From NCBI GenBank assembly GCA_018654255.1, contig JABILX010000001.1:209695-273694 (forward strand): a stretch of 64,000 nt of DNA, given 5' to 3'. The notes below the pieces were generated by a model. It worked only from the letters and a program-made list of their open reading frames with translations. It was not told the origin of the DNA and did not search any database. Both the position numbers and the translations under genes were made by a program. Positions 63,834 through 64,000 of this stretch are shown here, one piece after another (the first letter of the stretch is position 1; the number at the start of each line of letters is the position of its first letter). The stretch is from Candidatus Peregrinibacteria bacterium (GTDB lineage: Bacteria; Patescibacteriota; Gracilibacteria; UBA1369; LOWO2-01-FULL-3).

Positions 63834-64000
63834 ATGGCTGAAGTAAAAGATCAAATATTGGACTCCCTAAAGGAGCAAATAAACAAATTTCAATCAAGCG
63901 CCAAGGTAGAAAAAGTTGGTCGCGTACTAGAAGTTGGTGACAAAATTGCACGTGTCTCAGGACTTTCTGACGTTGCATCACAAGAAATGGTAGAGTTCTC
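63834..64000 (+). CDS. atpA: F0F1 ATP synthase subunit alpha, N-terminal fragment (runs off the window)
   Basis: [19 protein letters not shown]...[17 protein letters not shown]. Not in the track because there is no stop in the window. Confidence 0.8.
   Translation, partial: MAEVKDQILDSLKEQINKFQSSAKVEKVGRVLEVGDKIARVSGLSDVASQEMVEF

Overview
This is a gene-dense, low-GC bacterial fragment (about 40% GC by eye). Its content suggests a small-genome Patescibacteria/CPR-like organism, which is inference from gene content only. Standard genetic code.

Layout:
- 1-14.8 kb, minus strand: a type IV pilus cluster (PilN-like, PilO-like, PilB, PilC, two pilins). It ends in a giant secreted protein gene of more than 2,780 codons (1..8356). 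That gene is absent from the supplied ORF track because its stop lies outside the window.
- 15-39.8 kb: housekeeping genes. These are rplL, rplJ, miaA, mazG-like, recJ, a DHH phosphoesterase, yebC, malic enzyme, an SLH protein, hisS, tsaD, cca, PrsW and an LCP protein.
- 19.7-20.4 kb: the housekeeping block is interrupted by a sharply GC-rich foreign-looking gene for a Cys-rich membrane protein.
- 39.9-48.8 kb: tRNA-Gly(UCC) followed by a co-directional array of single-gene modules. The cargo is an orphan protein, an HExxH protein, two Fic proteins, an ABC-F ATPase, a FeoB-like permease without a G domain, and an MFS transporter. The modules are separated by decayed tRNA 3-prime-end copies and a recurrent GTYCGAAC / GGAGCTCCA element. 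No integrase is present.
- 48.8-53.1 kb: a metal-related neighbourhood with ferritin (Fur-family box upstream) and two ZIP transporters.
- 53.2-59.8 kb: an orphan block with a 1,525-aa protein.
- 62.6 kb to the end: the start of an ATP synthase operon (atpE-F-H-A), with no atpB upstream.

Other points worth follow-up:
- An A9 slippery tract would fuse a membrane-anchored ORF to an LCP domain that has no start codon of its own.
- A G9 tract sits in a promoter spacer.
- Six genes have a -10 box at a fixed 12-nt offset from the start codon, suggesting leaderless mRNAs.
- tRNA/tmRNA-like ...TCCACCA fragments lie at 60.85-61.02 kb.

No CRISPR array, rRNA, transposase or integrase was seen.
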